From Marsupella aquatica (taxonomy: Eukaryota > Plantae > Marchantiophyta): 64,000 nucleotides of DNA. Location of the stretch: contig OZ316894.1 in NCBI GenBank assembly GCA_973895155.1, positions 18,638,805 through 18,702,804 on the forward strand, read 5' to 3'. The notes beneath the pieces are model-generated. The model did no database searches, was not told where the DNA came from, and was given only the letters and a program-made list of their open reading frames with translations. Position numbers and translations under genes: made by a program. Below, piece after piece: positions 26,001-39,294 of the stretch (positions are counted from its first letter, which is position 1; each line of letters opens with the position of its first letter).

Positions 26001-28087
26001 GAAGACCACACGGAGTATGTGGGCTACCTCTGAGTCCAAAAATGCCAATCAAAACCCAGGGTCCTCAAGCATTTCTTTGCTTCTGACCCATCATGCACAA
26101 ATAAGTAGAGGACTGTTTTTTATTGGGTTTAGTAAAAGACTTTTAAATTTTTGTGGAAGAACACTAGGGGTGTTTTAATCCAATTCAACATAATTCCAAC
26201 TATCCCAAACCACTACAAACTTTGCCTTGAAGTACCTTAGGCAAAACAGACCAGGCATGACAAATTTGGCCTGAAAAGGACTTGAAAAAGGAGGGAACTC
26301 CATTATTCCTCAACTCCCATGACAAAGAGGTGTAGGATAACCCATGCCTCCATGGCCCCCCAAAGACAGGTGATGGGTTAGCAAGCATAGCCCCGGGCCA
26401 ATAACTAAGGTGCATAGTGTGTATTGCATTAATATTGTCAATAAGATGACCAAAAAGCCTCATCACATTGATATATCATCCCGGTTTGAGCTGTTGGACA
26501 CCTTGTCGTCCAACTTGAAAGGCAAGATTGTGGCTCGTTATGAGCCTCTCCTACATACCTTCCTGCACCTTGTGCACACCCAAGGTATGTAACTGCTAGT
26601 GCCATATAAAATGAGAAGTGTTCACGACTTCTCCCTTTTTCACATTCCTCTTTTTTAGGGTGAAACTTTGCTCCACAATTTCAGGAAATTAAATGTACTA
26701 AAAATGATAAAAGGTGGTGGATCCAAGTTTTATCATGGACAGTGGTGCTTTAAGTGCAACTACAGGCCACATTTAAATTGGGTGGGATGATCTAATGTGA
26801 AAAGAGAACACATTGCCCAAGCAGGTTTTGGGTTGGGGACTTGCATGCCCACCCCCAATGACCTGCTTTACCACTCAGCCAACCTCCCGCTAATAACTAT
26901 GGTGGCTCGTGATTGATATTTAGTGTTATATTGGGATCATGCACACAATCAGTAGCCGGCAATAGTTATGGGTTATACAATGCTAATCCACATTAATCTT
27001 GCTCTTCATCTTCAATGATATACTAGCTTGAATTAGAAAAATATTGCACAGTAAAATTTATATGCTATTTTGGTTAGTCTTTGCCCTATCCTTGTTTTTT
27101 TGGTCCATCCTCATTTCATTTTTGTCTTTTTAGAGTTAATGTCACTTTTGTCCATGATCTTCATTTAAAAATTTTGACCTTATTGAACCTTTCAGTTTTG
27201 TTTGCATTGGGGAGTTATCATCTAGAGACTTCACACTAACCTAGCTAGGGCCTTGACCTGGGCCCTTAAAGAGTAGGGTTCAGTTGCCGTTTATAGTAAG
27301 ATTCTCTCCATCTTGCCATCCAACCATCCATCCTAGGCAGATGTTAAATGAAGGAAACAGGGTCTTGCCATCCATTCTCACCATATATTAAATGAAGGAA
27401 ACTCAGAGTGACTTTATTACCCATGCTCGGATGCGATTCCCACTCGGGTTGCCCGTTATTGCACAAAGAATAGACTTGCCCGTTCTTGCACAAAGAATAG
27501 ACTTGACGAATGCCAAAAAGTGGTGGCCAGTTTCCCTTATATGGGCGAGAAGGCTCCAGAACTTTCTTTGTCACTCATTTCATTCATGGAGTGCACAGGT
27601 GCGGAGCCACAGCATCAGAAGGAGGCACCGCATGGAGGAGAAGACGGCCGATGCAGCCTCGAGGAAACGCCGTAGAACCACAGATAGCCCAGACACAGCA
27701 ACTAGAAGCACCCACATACAGCAACGACGGGACGCTGCCGGCATGATCTAGAGCTCGAACATGCTCGTAATACAGGAGAATCTTAGGACGTATCAGGTAT
27801 ATATGAAGATGGCTGCAGATGGCAGGTTCGACGGGTTGTTTGCATAATCTGTGTAAAGCTGGTACATCACCAAATGTTCCTGAATAATTCACGTTTCATA
27901 GTCTGAGGTTTTGGTGTGTTCTCTTGGGTCACTGCATAGACAGGAGGACCTTGGCTCAGACGTCGGTCGACGTTGTTTTTAAGGGGAGACGTTGATTCAA
28001 GTTGTATGGTTGTGGCTCAGTCGACCCGTGGAAGGTTGAGCACTCCCTGTGTTGTCAAATCAAGGTTACAGCAGAGCAGCTGAAGTA

Positions 28088-31000
28088 ATGGAGTCTCCTC
28101 AATTGGAACCTACTCAAACAACAGCTATTGGCCGGCTACTCCACTTTGCCAGCCAGGGAGACGTTGAGAACGTTAGGAAGGTCTTGGATGACTCGCCAAA
28201 CGTGCCAGTGGACTCGCAAGACTACGATTGGAGGACGGCAATGCATCTTGCAGCTAGCGACGGCCACAAGGGTGTCATTGAGTTGCTCTTGAGCCGCAAC
28301 GCAAACGTGAACCCCGTCGATCGCTGGCGAAAGACGGTACTAACAGGGAACATAATATTAATGTTCTTTTCTGAGTTATAGTCAGCAATCCTCGTCAAGT
28401 CCTGTAGGGACCTACTATCCACCTACTATTCACCCTACCATATAAAGCTGAAGGTACTCCATAATTGAATACTTGAGTGCAGCCTTTGGCAGATGCTCGG
28501 AGGTACGAGGCTCTGCATCATGGAACAAAGTCTGGCAAACGACAGATATACCAAGAAATATGCAACCTACTTATTAACAATGGTGGGACTACGGTATGTT
28601 CACACTGAGCTCGACTTGCATCTATATAGCCCTAAGAAATACCTTGCTTAATACGCTTTGAGTGAACAACAGCACCATACTCCAGTTTGCATCCATTTAC
28701 GTCCTTAGAACAGTCATACTTACTTTCTGATCGTACGGCTGATCACAGTTGCATTCTTGAACTGTTGACAAGCTGTTCATCGAAATTACGTTATTCTTCC
28801 GAATATTGACTGTTGGCTGTTCGTGGTATTGTTTATAATTCTCTTCAGTCTTCGCCTTTCGAAATAGACAAGGAGGAACTCAAGTGTATCAAACCTATTC
28901 GAGAGGTGAGTTGGACACTCCAGCTAGCTGTTGTTTCGTGTGAACTCTCGTCGCAGCTCATCGAGTCCAGATTTGACTCTCGTATTATATTAATTGTAAA
29001 ATTTGTGACGGTCAGTACGTACTGAGTTACTTCTGCATGCTAATATGACAAAGAGGTATATAGTTCAGCAGTAATCATAGAAATTTGGTTTCTACTCAGA
29101 GTTGCAATTAATTGTTTGAGAAAGCTCGGTTATGAATCTGAATTCTTGAAGTTATTTGACATGATCCACACAAGTGATTCTACACGGTCGGTGATTTACA
29201 TAATACTATATATGTGTCACCTAATTAATAACTTTTCAACTGTATCTGAGAAAGTGTAGAAGTGGTCTGCAGTGTAATTTTGGAACAATCGAAGTGGCGA
29301 ATTGGCGAGGAACAAATGTTGAAGCAAGAATCATGGAACGAAGGGTGGAACTTCATTCATCTAAGTGAGTTTTGGCATGTCATGTCATGCTTGAACAGTA
29401 TTTAGCGCTGCATTGAGACTTGAACTCTTGACTCCAACTCCTTAATGAAGGGGAAAATATCATCATATCATCACCGATAGTTTAATACATCATAACTGGG
29501 ACCATGTTATACTGTCGTGGCCTTTGCACGAGATAGACACTAGTTCTGTCTGTCTTACGATCTCACTGGTTCAGCTTGGTCGCTAGATTCTTACACGGGG
29601 CATGATCTCAATGTTAATTAAGTCAAATTCGGTCGGCAAGTTAACTAATGTTAGACGGCGACTGATGAGGACTATATATTCTACAGATCCGACCAGGCTA
29701 AGCTGACAAAACAGCTCTCCTTACTACAAAGGCTCCGGCACCCCAACATCGTCCAGTTCCTTGGAGCTGTGCATACCAAATCCGAGCCTCTCGTTCTTAT
29801 CACCGAACATCTTCCGAAAGTACGAAAATAATCTTCATTTGGAAATTCTACGCCTGCCTTGTGAACCTGACGTCTTTGTGTCCCGAGTAGATCTGTATAT
29901 TTATAGCTCAACTCTTAGATAGCAAAGTGTACAAATCAGAGAATAATGTTGCTGGTGGAGGCATCTGTATGTGCAGATCAGCACGCATTTGTGCATTCTT
30001 TTATGAGCTCTATTGTGGCATATGTATATTGAAGGAAATTCGAGTACACCTGCGGCTTTCAAGGCCATCTTGGGCTAGTTCGTTTCTATTCTCGACCTAT
30101 CGACCGTCGCCAAAAGAATCGCAGCGGGAGTCGATCTCTGATAGTGATAGACTTCCCCGACTTGTATATCTATATATCGCTAACTTTAACCTTTGACTGG
30201 AATGGTCGAGGGAATCGTTTAACAGGGCAGCCTTTTCGACCTCTTAAGTGAGAGTAAAAAGGGGCGACTTCCACAGAAACAAGCGATGAGCTATGCGCTG
30301 GATATCGCTCGGTAATTGAACCAATTAAGTCTTTCTCCATTGGTAGATGATCGATTCTTGTAATTGTTCTCATTATATATGGTCGAATTAGTCCATTTAT
30401 CCTACTCATAGGTCACCTCTTGACATGAATGATTGTCACCAGTGTTGTGAATTTTTGATAGATATCTAACTATACGCCTATTATGTGCGACATGTACAGA
30501 GGTATGAATTATCTTCAGCAGCATAAACCGGAGACCGTGGTTCATTGCGATTTGAACCCAATGTAAGTATCACAGAACTTCTACACATTCCCGTGCGAGT
30601 GGGCAACTATGCTCGGACTGGCGAGCTTTGATTATTTGAGTATGTGCACTTGAGAGAGTCAGAAGCAAGGTTCAAGGGTACTGGACATAACCGTGCTCTT
30701 CACCGCCCGAACGCAGACAGCTCCAGATCCTCATATTCTATACGAAGAAAGTCAATTCACGTTCAATGTTCTGACCTGCAGGAATCTGCTAAGGGATGCC
30801 GGTGGCCACCTAAAGGTTGCAGGACTGCATCTGTCCGAGATAGAGTGCATCTGCAAGTCTGGAAACGACAATGCAAATAAACAGCTCACGTATTCGCGCA
30901 ATCTGGAATTTGGTAAGTCGGGCGCGCGATGATAATGTTGAGTTCGTAAAGTTGTCAATCAATCTCTGACATTGAAACATCCATGTTCTATTTGTGTCAC

Positions 31001-34000
31001 TAAAGTTATATACATTCACCTGTACGTCGGTCATTCTGGCAGCAGCATCGATCATATAGAGACATGTAAAGAGTTGAGGCTTTACTTTCTAGACAGTCGT
31101 CTATGTTTGTTCTATATTTTATCTCGATCACTTTTGCCGAGCACTTTCTTTGGCTACTTTTTCTTCAGATTGTTGGAGGTTTATACGATATGGTCCGATT
31201 GTCTTTGAGGGTCGTCTGTGATTTTAGATCAAGACGTTTATGCCACCTCTCTCGGTCCCGATTGCGCCGTCCGCATTAGACGGGGAGGGAGTGATGCATC
31301 TTTCAAGCTAGATATTCTCACTTTAATTTACCAAATGTTCTGATCGAAGCACGGTGGCTTGGTTGCGACACGAATATGTACTGTATAAACACAGCTCGGT
31401 ACAGGGCTCCCGAGTTAATACATTCAAAACGGGGAAAGATTCCGGAGACAAGCGTCGACGTTTACTCGTTTGGGGTGATCGTTCGTGAGGTAATTACTCG
31501 CAACTTCATTGTGAACTAGGATCCCAAATTTTGCATTCTGATCGCGGCATTTGCCTGGGGAGACAGTCTCTGGGCAATTTATCGTTCAAGCTACAATGAA
31601 ACATGTAGATTTCAACTGTGTATGTCTACTCTGCAGCCTACATGAGATTTAAATGGCTCACTCAGCGGCTTCTGCGGAAAGGACATTTCTTTCAAGACAT
31701 CAAGTTTCATATGATCAAGTGCCCGATCAAGTGATCTTGAGCATAGAGATTGATTGGTTTCGTGGATTGCTTTACAGATGTTCGAGGGCCGGAGCCTTGC
31801 AAGCAGACAAGCACAAAATTGGGCAGGAGCCCCCAGAAACACATGTGCAGAAGCACACGACGCTGCAGCCTCGAGACTCTATCCTCTTGGCCTTGAAAAG
31901 TGAGTGCCCTGATTCATACCCAATAAAGATTACATAGACAACTAGTAACATACAATATCTTTCTCCAAGAACTCTAATAATTCAGGTAATTAATTAATTC
32001 CAGCGAGCTGACGTGATAGCCTCGATCATGACCGTGTCTACCACGAAATATATAATTCGTGATGCGAAATATGCAGCTATTTAGCTAGAGTATTTGATTC
32101 GCGAGCGAACGTGCAGCGTCGGTAACTGAAACCCAAGCTTGAGCATGTTATCCAGCTACAGTCGGTAGACCTTTTTAGATCTTCAATTAAGCAGGTAGAC
32201 CTTCTTAGATCTTCAAGCCAGACGCATTCTGCCAAGGGAACCTGTGGTGAGCATTCAGAGGAGTATGGCTTTACGTATGTGAGTCGACAAGATGATCCTT
32301 GTGCCAGCTTTTAAGCTAACTTAACCAAAAGATGGAATTTGTCCCGGGCTAGATATTGCATCGGTCCATTCCTACGCAGGCGTGCATGTAGCGAACTTTT
32401 TCTAATTCTAATAGACTATGCAGTCCAGCATCTGAATCTGAATCTTCATTAGATATAATATTATCTAAAGTAGTGCACAGGAAAGATTCGAAATCATGGC
32501 CGGCCGCAAGAAATAGTCTCCGTGGATATATATTCGTTCATTCTCTTCGATAAGTTAGAGTTTGTTTACTGTTCAAACTCAGGCGTCAATGCATGGATCG
32601 TATCACGACTTGCAGCAGCATAGTGATATCCACCCAGATGTCCACCACCCTTGATGAAGATTCTAGCTTGCGAATTAGGCAGACCCGCATGTCCGTCTCC
32701 AAACCTCTTTAGCAGCAGGCTGCAGGCATACGTGGCGGCTTAATCAATAACAAGTGCACTGTGACGTGATCTGGCTTCTTTAAATTAGACTTCTGATACT
32801 AAGGCCATTGATCGAGAACTAAGGTTTCGTTGGGAAGCTTTTCAGCTTATTGCGAATTTCCAACTTGGCAGTCGGAGAGGCCACTGAAAATCTCTGCTAC
32901 CGCATATATTGTCTTCATCAATTGAAAGCAGTTAGAGGGATACTTAAATTATGCATACGTCAGCCGCAACACGGCTCGCTCGATCGACGTAACGGTTGTA
33001 TAAATTTTAGTTGCTTTGCTAACTAGTTGCACGGGGACGAAGGTCTACGTGCCCAGGACCCTCGCCACCAGTCGGAGGATTCTCCCGACTCTTTCTCATC
33101 CGCGCTAGTGTTACGATGTCGTTCTGTCGATCTCTCCCTCCTGCTGACCGACCCTTTCTCATGATTCTTTCTCATGATTCTGTACAGATCCTACTACTGT
33201 AGCTTTGCTCAATGCCACGTCTAGATATCGCACATGCGACCTGAGTGCTCTGCACTCAACCGCATAACGCATTCAATATTATTGCGTTGGAGGCTCTCCG
33301 ACAGATCTTTCCATCTTGAAATTAACGACTTGTCCTGGAGCTTGAGCCGTAAGAATTACGGTATCTGGGTGTGCCGTCGATCGACCGGGGGATGTTTTGG
33401 TGGGGCCCAGATGTCATTGGGTTCGCCGGAAGGATGTCCTGGTCTCGTCTTGTGTTTCTTAGTTTTCCGGAAGACATGGCTGGCATCTTAGTTTGGCCGG
33501 CTCCATCTTACAAGATAAGCCCCGCGATAAGCCTGCCAGCAAAAAGCCGATTCCTCGTTCATATATTAATATCAGTCAGATGATCTGTAGCCGGTCTGCT
33601 CGCCAGGCTCGAATGGCTGCGGGCACGACTTTATCTTGAATCAACCTAACCTGCCAAAGTCCTAGGCTTGAATACTATGAGCTGTGGCTTCTTCTTACGG
33701 GTAGCTACCAAGGACAAAAGTTTTACTCGAGCAATTCTGGGAAGAGTTTAATTATGGATAGCTGCGTCTCTAGTGTATAAGTTATGTCTAAGCCTTCGAC
33801 TAAAAAGCCAGCTAAAATTAAAGTACTAGTAATTCCTTCAGTTTAGAAGCTTGACCAACTGTGCATACCATAGTCCGTCACACCTTACCCTCCCAGATTG
33901 ATTAATTAGGAGGAGTTGACCGTCCATAGACGGCTGCATATCCCGCTGCATATCTAGCCCTTGATTTCTTCTTTGTCTGAATCTTCCATCACATAGTCAG

Positions 34001-34434
34001 ATTGGAGCAGCTGTACATGAAATTTCTATGCATAGCTTCCAAGGGGCGCCATAGATCCCAAAACAAGCTATTGGCTGGTCTGAAACGTGCACAGTTCGCT
34101 TATATTGGAAATGTGCTGCATTCTTAGACTTTGTTTCCTGTATGTGCACAGGCTTGTGCAGAGCTGCTGTAATCCGGATCCTTCCAAGCGCCCGTCGTTT
34201 GAAAAGATTATCCGGAACCTAGAGACAATCAACAACGACATGATGAAGAGACCATTGTGTGGCGTAGTGCATAATGTTGTGTACTTCTCAGCAAAATGGA
34301 AAGGGTGCTTTCCTCTGGCACGCCGGCCGCCGAAGTCGAGATCATCTGTGTTCTCCGTTGAATCGCGGAAAGGTGCCAACCCAAATCCGACCAACGCAGA
34401 TGATCAGACCGCTTGTACTTCAATCCCAGAGTAA
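28088..34434 (+). CDS. Ankyrin-repeat Raf-like / integrin-linked kinase (ILK/VIK-type) protein, probable pseudokinase; exons 28088-28336, 28483-28593, 28849-28905, 29273-29364, 29687-29819, 30226-30311, 30500-30562, 30782-30912, 31395-31489, 31778-31899, 34152-34434
   Basis: Ankyrin motifs DYDWRTAMHLAASDGH and VDRWRKTPLADA. Kinase motifs WRGT, LRHPNIVQFLGAV, ALDIARGMNYL, HCDLNP, YRAPE, VDVYSFG and KRPSFEKII. All ten introns are GT-AG and phase-consistent. Confidence 0.88.
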
Positions 34435-36106
34435 CTCACTGCACTGTCGTCGTGGGCATGGACAAGAACACATGGGCGATCCAGGCGAGCGGTAATTCTC
34501 ATTTTTGATACATGCATCCGTCCATCAATTGAAGTCTCTTCAGTGAGTTACTTTAATCATCCATGGATACCTTACTCCACCGAGTCAATCAACCTTGCGG
34601 AACGTCCTCGACGGGAGATCTTTTCCCAAGCTATCGACTGATTTCTGAATGTTCTTGCCTTCTCATCATTCCATCGCCTTTCAATGGATCTTCGAGTTCC
34701 TTGCCACAAACCACCCAAAAACACCAAAGTCTATAGAATATGATCGATCGCCACTTGAGAGTTTGAGTCTGGTTTGCAAACCATGGGATTTCGTAAGTCA
34801 CGAGACCCAAAGATGAACTAATTAGGTAAATTATCGACGATCTGGACGAGCTGTTTAGTAAGGATGACAAGTAAATACATGCTAATTAGAAACCGTAAAT
34901 ATGTTTGGCCTTACTTTACTAAGTTGGTTCTTCGATATCCGGACGACACTAGCTGGTTAACATGTGAAGGAGTTTGTAAATATTGTACAATACGTTCAGC
35001 ACGGCCAGTCTTATGCATTACATTTCACATCTTCACTTTTAGGTATCAGAGCTGGGTCCCCTATCCTGCTCAAAATGTACATTTACAAAGATCTTTGTAG
35101 CTGTATTCAATCAAATTTTGTCCTATATAAAAAAATTGTTATATACAGTGAGTTCTCAGCAGGTTACCTATGTGGGTCTACTTTTGTTTTATGATCAAAA
35201 TCGTCCTCTAACGTGGAGTTTGGGCTCGACTACTGTACATGAAAGGAGACGCTCGTAGCTCAAGCTGGGCAGTTAATGCGACATCTCATCCATCACATCA
35301 AGTCTCAATCCCCCAACTTCTAATCGTTGGTTCCATCCATAGAATGAACTTGAAGTTCTTTCCTCAAAACTAAAATTACAATAAAAAATCCTAAGACCAT
35401 AGACTAAAGAAATGAAAACCACAAAAGGATTTTTCTGTTTTCAGTGTTGATTTCTATTATAATATACTGGAGAAAAACCTCTTGGGCACATGTTCTGGGG
35501 CTCCCCCCCAAAACACATCGGCCAGCATTGTGCATGATGAGGTGCGTCTGTTCGATCTGTGACTCATCAAACACAAGACGATGACAACGTATACTCATGT
35601 ATTGGGCCCCAAGTCATGGCGATCGATGCATTGAGTACAGGGCAGTCCAGGGCCAAGACCGGGTGGGGCAAAATTCTAAAAACTCTTTCGTCGTTTACCA
35701 TTGTTAAAGCACTGGCACATCATGCATTGTGCCACCCAATGTCCCGATGGTGGGCAGGGCGCTAACATACTCTGAATAGAATACAGTTTCACTAATAACA
35801 GAATAGCATGTTTTGATACAATTCCTGTTTCAACCTGCAATCACCCACTGACAGCTCCATGCCAGGGAGTAAGGTCAACTGACTAATATCCAGCCCACGC
35901 AAACCGAATGACGGATGTTTGAGTTCTATCCATGGGTAATACATAAAAGGGCAAAGCAAGGAGTCTTATGACCATCTCGTCCAAAGCTTCACTTCGATTC
36001 CTTTTTGTTCTAGATTTCTACCCGGTGAACATCTATCATTTCTACAAATCAGGGGATGAAGCTAGCACCAGTATCCCTGCAGACGAATTCAATTCCCCTC
36101 TCGATC

Positions 36107-37768
36107 TCATTCAGTAACTAAAACAAAAGCTGCCTCCTTAATCTTCTCAAAGTTGGGAATGCCCTTGACATCATCATTTCTCAGGCCTTGCAGGGCTGCT
36201 TTAGCAACATCGTCCACACTCGCTGGCGGAACAGCTTGGCAAATGGTCTCGTATAGATCTCTGTTTGAGCCAAAAATATCTCTTGTGGCTCACCGATGAT
36301 GGTAAGTGGAATATCAACGCCACTTACTTTCCTGCTGCCATAGATACATGCAGGTCGCAATATTGTACCTGTACATATATGGTACAGCTTGGTAAAAACT
36401 CAATCCAACAGTGTTTCTCAGGAATGCAGACACAATCAAATCATAAAAAGGACCCTTGAAGAACAAAAAAATGACACAAACTGTATACAAGACTCCATCT
36501 TTCAGCAGTGAGTCGTGTTATAACACATGCATAGCTGAAACACAAGTGTACAAGACTACACCAAATACATGGCCGGACTAAATTGACTGCCAGACTTAAA
36601 GAGGGACTTTTAGTCTGGACAGAAGATCACAATCAACGGACAAACCACTACAGAGTCCAATCCCGGACGTTGAAGAAAGCGAAGCAGGGATGAATGATTA
36701 GCTGATTATCTGTTTGGAGCCTCCATCAACTGCTTTACGCGCAAACTGCACAACCTAAGAGTGAAAACATTAGTTCTATAAGAAGCCTATCAACCTTAAC
36801 AGGATATAGAGGGTAAGACTTTATTGTCAGATCATTGTTACCTGCTTCGCTGGTAGGCTTGACAGCAATAATATTTGCATCTCCATTTCAGCTTCTGCTT
36901 TTCTTCATTTGTGCCAAATCTTCTTAAAGTTGAAACCACCGCCGTTGCCCATGGAGCACCTTATCCTAGTCGGTAGAAAACAAGTCAGCTGCATTGATAA
37001 TTACTTTAGTTCTGAAAGTATTTAGACATTTTGTCGATGGTATTCTCTGGGTGAATAATTTTGGTGCTTCAATTCCAAAATATGTTAAGCATACGACACA
37101 TTACTACAATAGGAAGAGAAAAGAGGAGCCAGGCTTGTCAAACTCACTCTATTTCGATAGAAACGCAGAAATACTCGACTGACTGCCAGAATATTGAAGC
37201 AAGCTAGTTGCCCTTGAGTACTGACCGGCTCAGGTTGAGAACTTCCAGGTCTTACTTAACGGCTGCCTTTGCTTTTGCAGAGCCCACTAATACATTTCCG
37301 CCCAAACCACAATCTGCACTTTACATCAATTAAAAAGTTTAGTAAGAGAAGGAGTACAATCTAGGCCAGGGTCCCAATTTCGGAAGACTTCACTATCGGC
37401 GTCCCATACCAAAAATATGAGAATCAATCAAGTTTTCTGACATCATATCATACCTGTGAAGGATCCTGAAGTTCCCATGAATTCCCACTTGGACTTTCAT
37501 TTGTGCTCCACTCCCTTGTCTCTTCATGAATAAGGTTTTCAATTCCTAGTTATGTCTTATTGCTCTGAGAGTCCCTAATTTGGTGACAGGAAACCTTACC
37601 GCCTGTACTCTCAGAGTTTTCTGGAATGAAAGACGGTCTTAGCAAAACGAAATTGAATGAAAGAAGGCTTGTAGAAGGCAGATGTACCCTGTGAGCCCTC
37701 ACTACAGCCGCCACGTGAACGGGAGCTGAAGCAAAGTCAGTCCCAACACCTGAATACGAGACATTTAC
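36107..37768 (-). pseudogene. Intron-containing pseudogene of a plastid NAD(P)-binding Rossmann-fold (atypical SDR/epimerase-like, At1g32220-type) protein
   Basis: Fragments in order: LGGNVLVGSAKAKAAVK*DLEVLNLSR (in-frame stop), ATAVVSTLRRFGTNEEKQKL/NGDANIIAV (frameshift) and ILRPACIYGSRKVSGVDIPLTIIGEP...PFAKL/VPPASVDDVAKAALQGLRNDD..IKEAA (frameshift). The family match is from memory. Confidence 0.75.
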
Positions 37769-39294
37769 CTGTCTCCTGACAATACACTCAGACATCAGAC
37801 AAAAGACAAAGGACCTATATATAGTTAATTCACAACAGTCACAACATTGAGACCTGTACGCATTTGATTGAAAGAAGTTAGACATGGAATGTACTTCCTC
37901 AAATTCGTCACCACACATGCAAAGAATATCCTCCATCTCCCTCACTCTCTAGGACACCCTTTTTGATAAAGTACTAGACAGACACAAAAATGGACGATAT
38001 TTTTATGCACTTCGAGTGAAACGGCAGGATTTGAACGTGAAGTGGACTCGCAGGACATGTCCCAGCGGTGGAAATTTCACCAAAATCCTTACCGAGCTTT
38101 GCTGAATTGAATCTCAGAAGTTTTGCCATATATTCATCAGCCTCTGTTTCTGAAAGAAATATTGGAACCAAATTCGGAACCTGAAGCTTTTGTCCAGGAA
38201 ATGTTATGAAGGTTGAGCCACTCACGATTTTCCACAATCATAAAATGTCCCATTGCGTACTATTCCCGCCCCAGTCCTCTAGAGACGATGGCGGAAACCA
38301 GAACTGAAATCAAAATCGAAGCTCTTGGGACTTGCAGAGTGCCCAAGCGGAGCACTCACAATTGGGAAAGAAAACCCACCAAATGTGTGACTTTCGTTAG
38401 ATTCGGCACGCTGGTGATGACCCATACCCCTAATTATTCACTGCTCCTAACTTCTTCAGCAAGAGACCCTTGTCCCTCAAGTATATCTCTAGGTTTCCGC
38501 CAGAATGACATTTGTTAATTAACAAACTATGAGAAAGAACGAACGGGATTACAAAGATTACAATCTAAGCATACACAGCTTAAATTGACCACAGTGTTTC
38601 TCCCACATTTTGGGGGCCAAATTCTGTCTCTGACTCGCGTTAACTCACCAACCCAAGTTGAGTTAAGTGAGAGGTTGTGGGGGCCCGCTTTTAGGCAGCG
38701 GCGCATCGCTCGAACTGTAGACTCTTCATCCTCAGCATTGCTCCTCTGCCGGATGTTGCTACGACTGAATTGATAAGAGTGGCCACTGCCTTGCCGCCAT
38801 CGCCTGTCTTTGGTACAACCTTAATCCTGCGTGCAGTTTGGATCAGGTAACTAACTTCAAAGCTTGCAAGCAACCATAAGCATTCGACATCTTGCTCTCT
38901 TTTGCAATTCTTAGACGATTGAAATTGGAAACTCGACTATGAGAAGATGTCGACCATGTGGCTTTGAACCGCCACTGTCCCCAAAGCTGTTGGACGATAA
39001 AATAGTCACTTTTTGCCCATCTTTTTACCTCGTGAAGAGCATTATTGAATCATTATGGTAACCTGGATACACCAGGTTTTGCTTCGAGGGACAGTGGCGG
39101 TTTAACTCGTTTACTCCGTATTAAACCGCAAAGGATTGGATTGGGTCAGCTTGGATTAGAGCTCATTCTCCAAACAACCAACGGCCATGGTGCTTGTCTG
39201 CATGCACACAACTTCGTTAGGAGCTCGGATGCATTAGTTCTAACCCTGAGGAAATTCGGCCGTGGACAATCCAGGAGAATTTTAGTAGCAAGCG

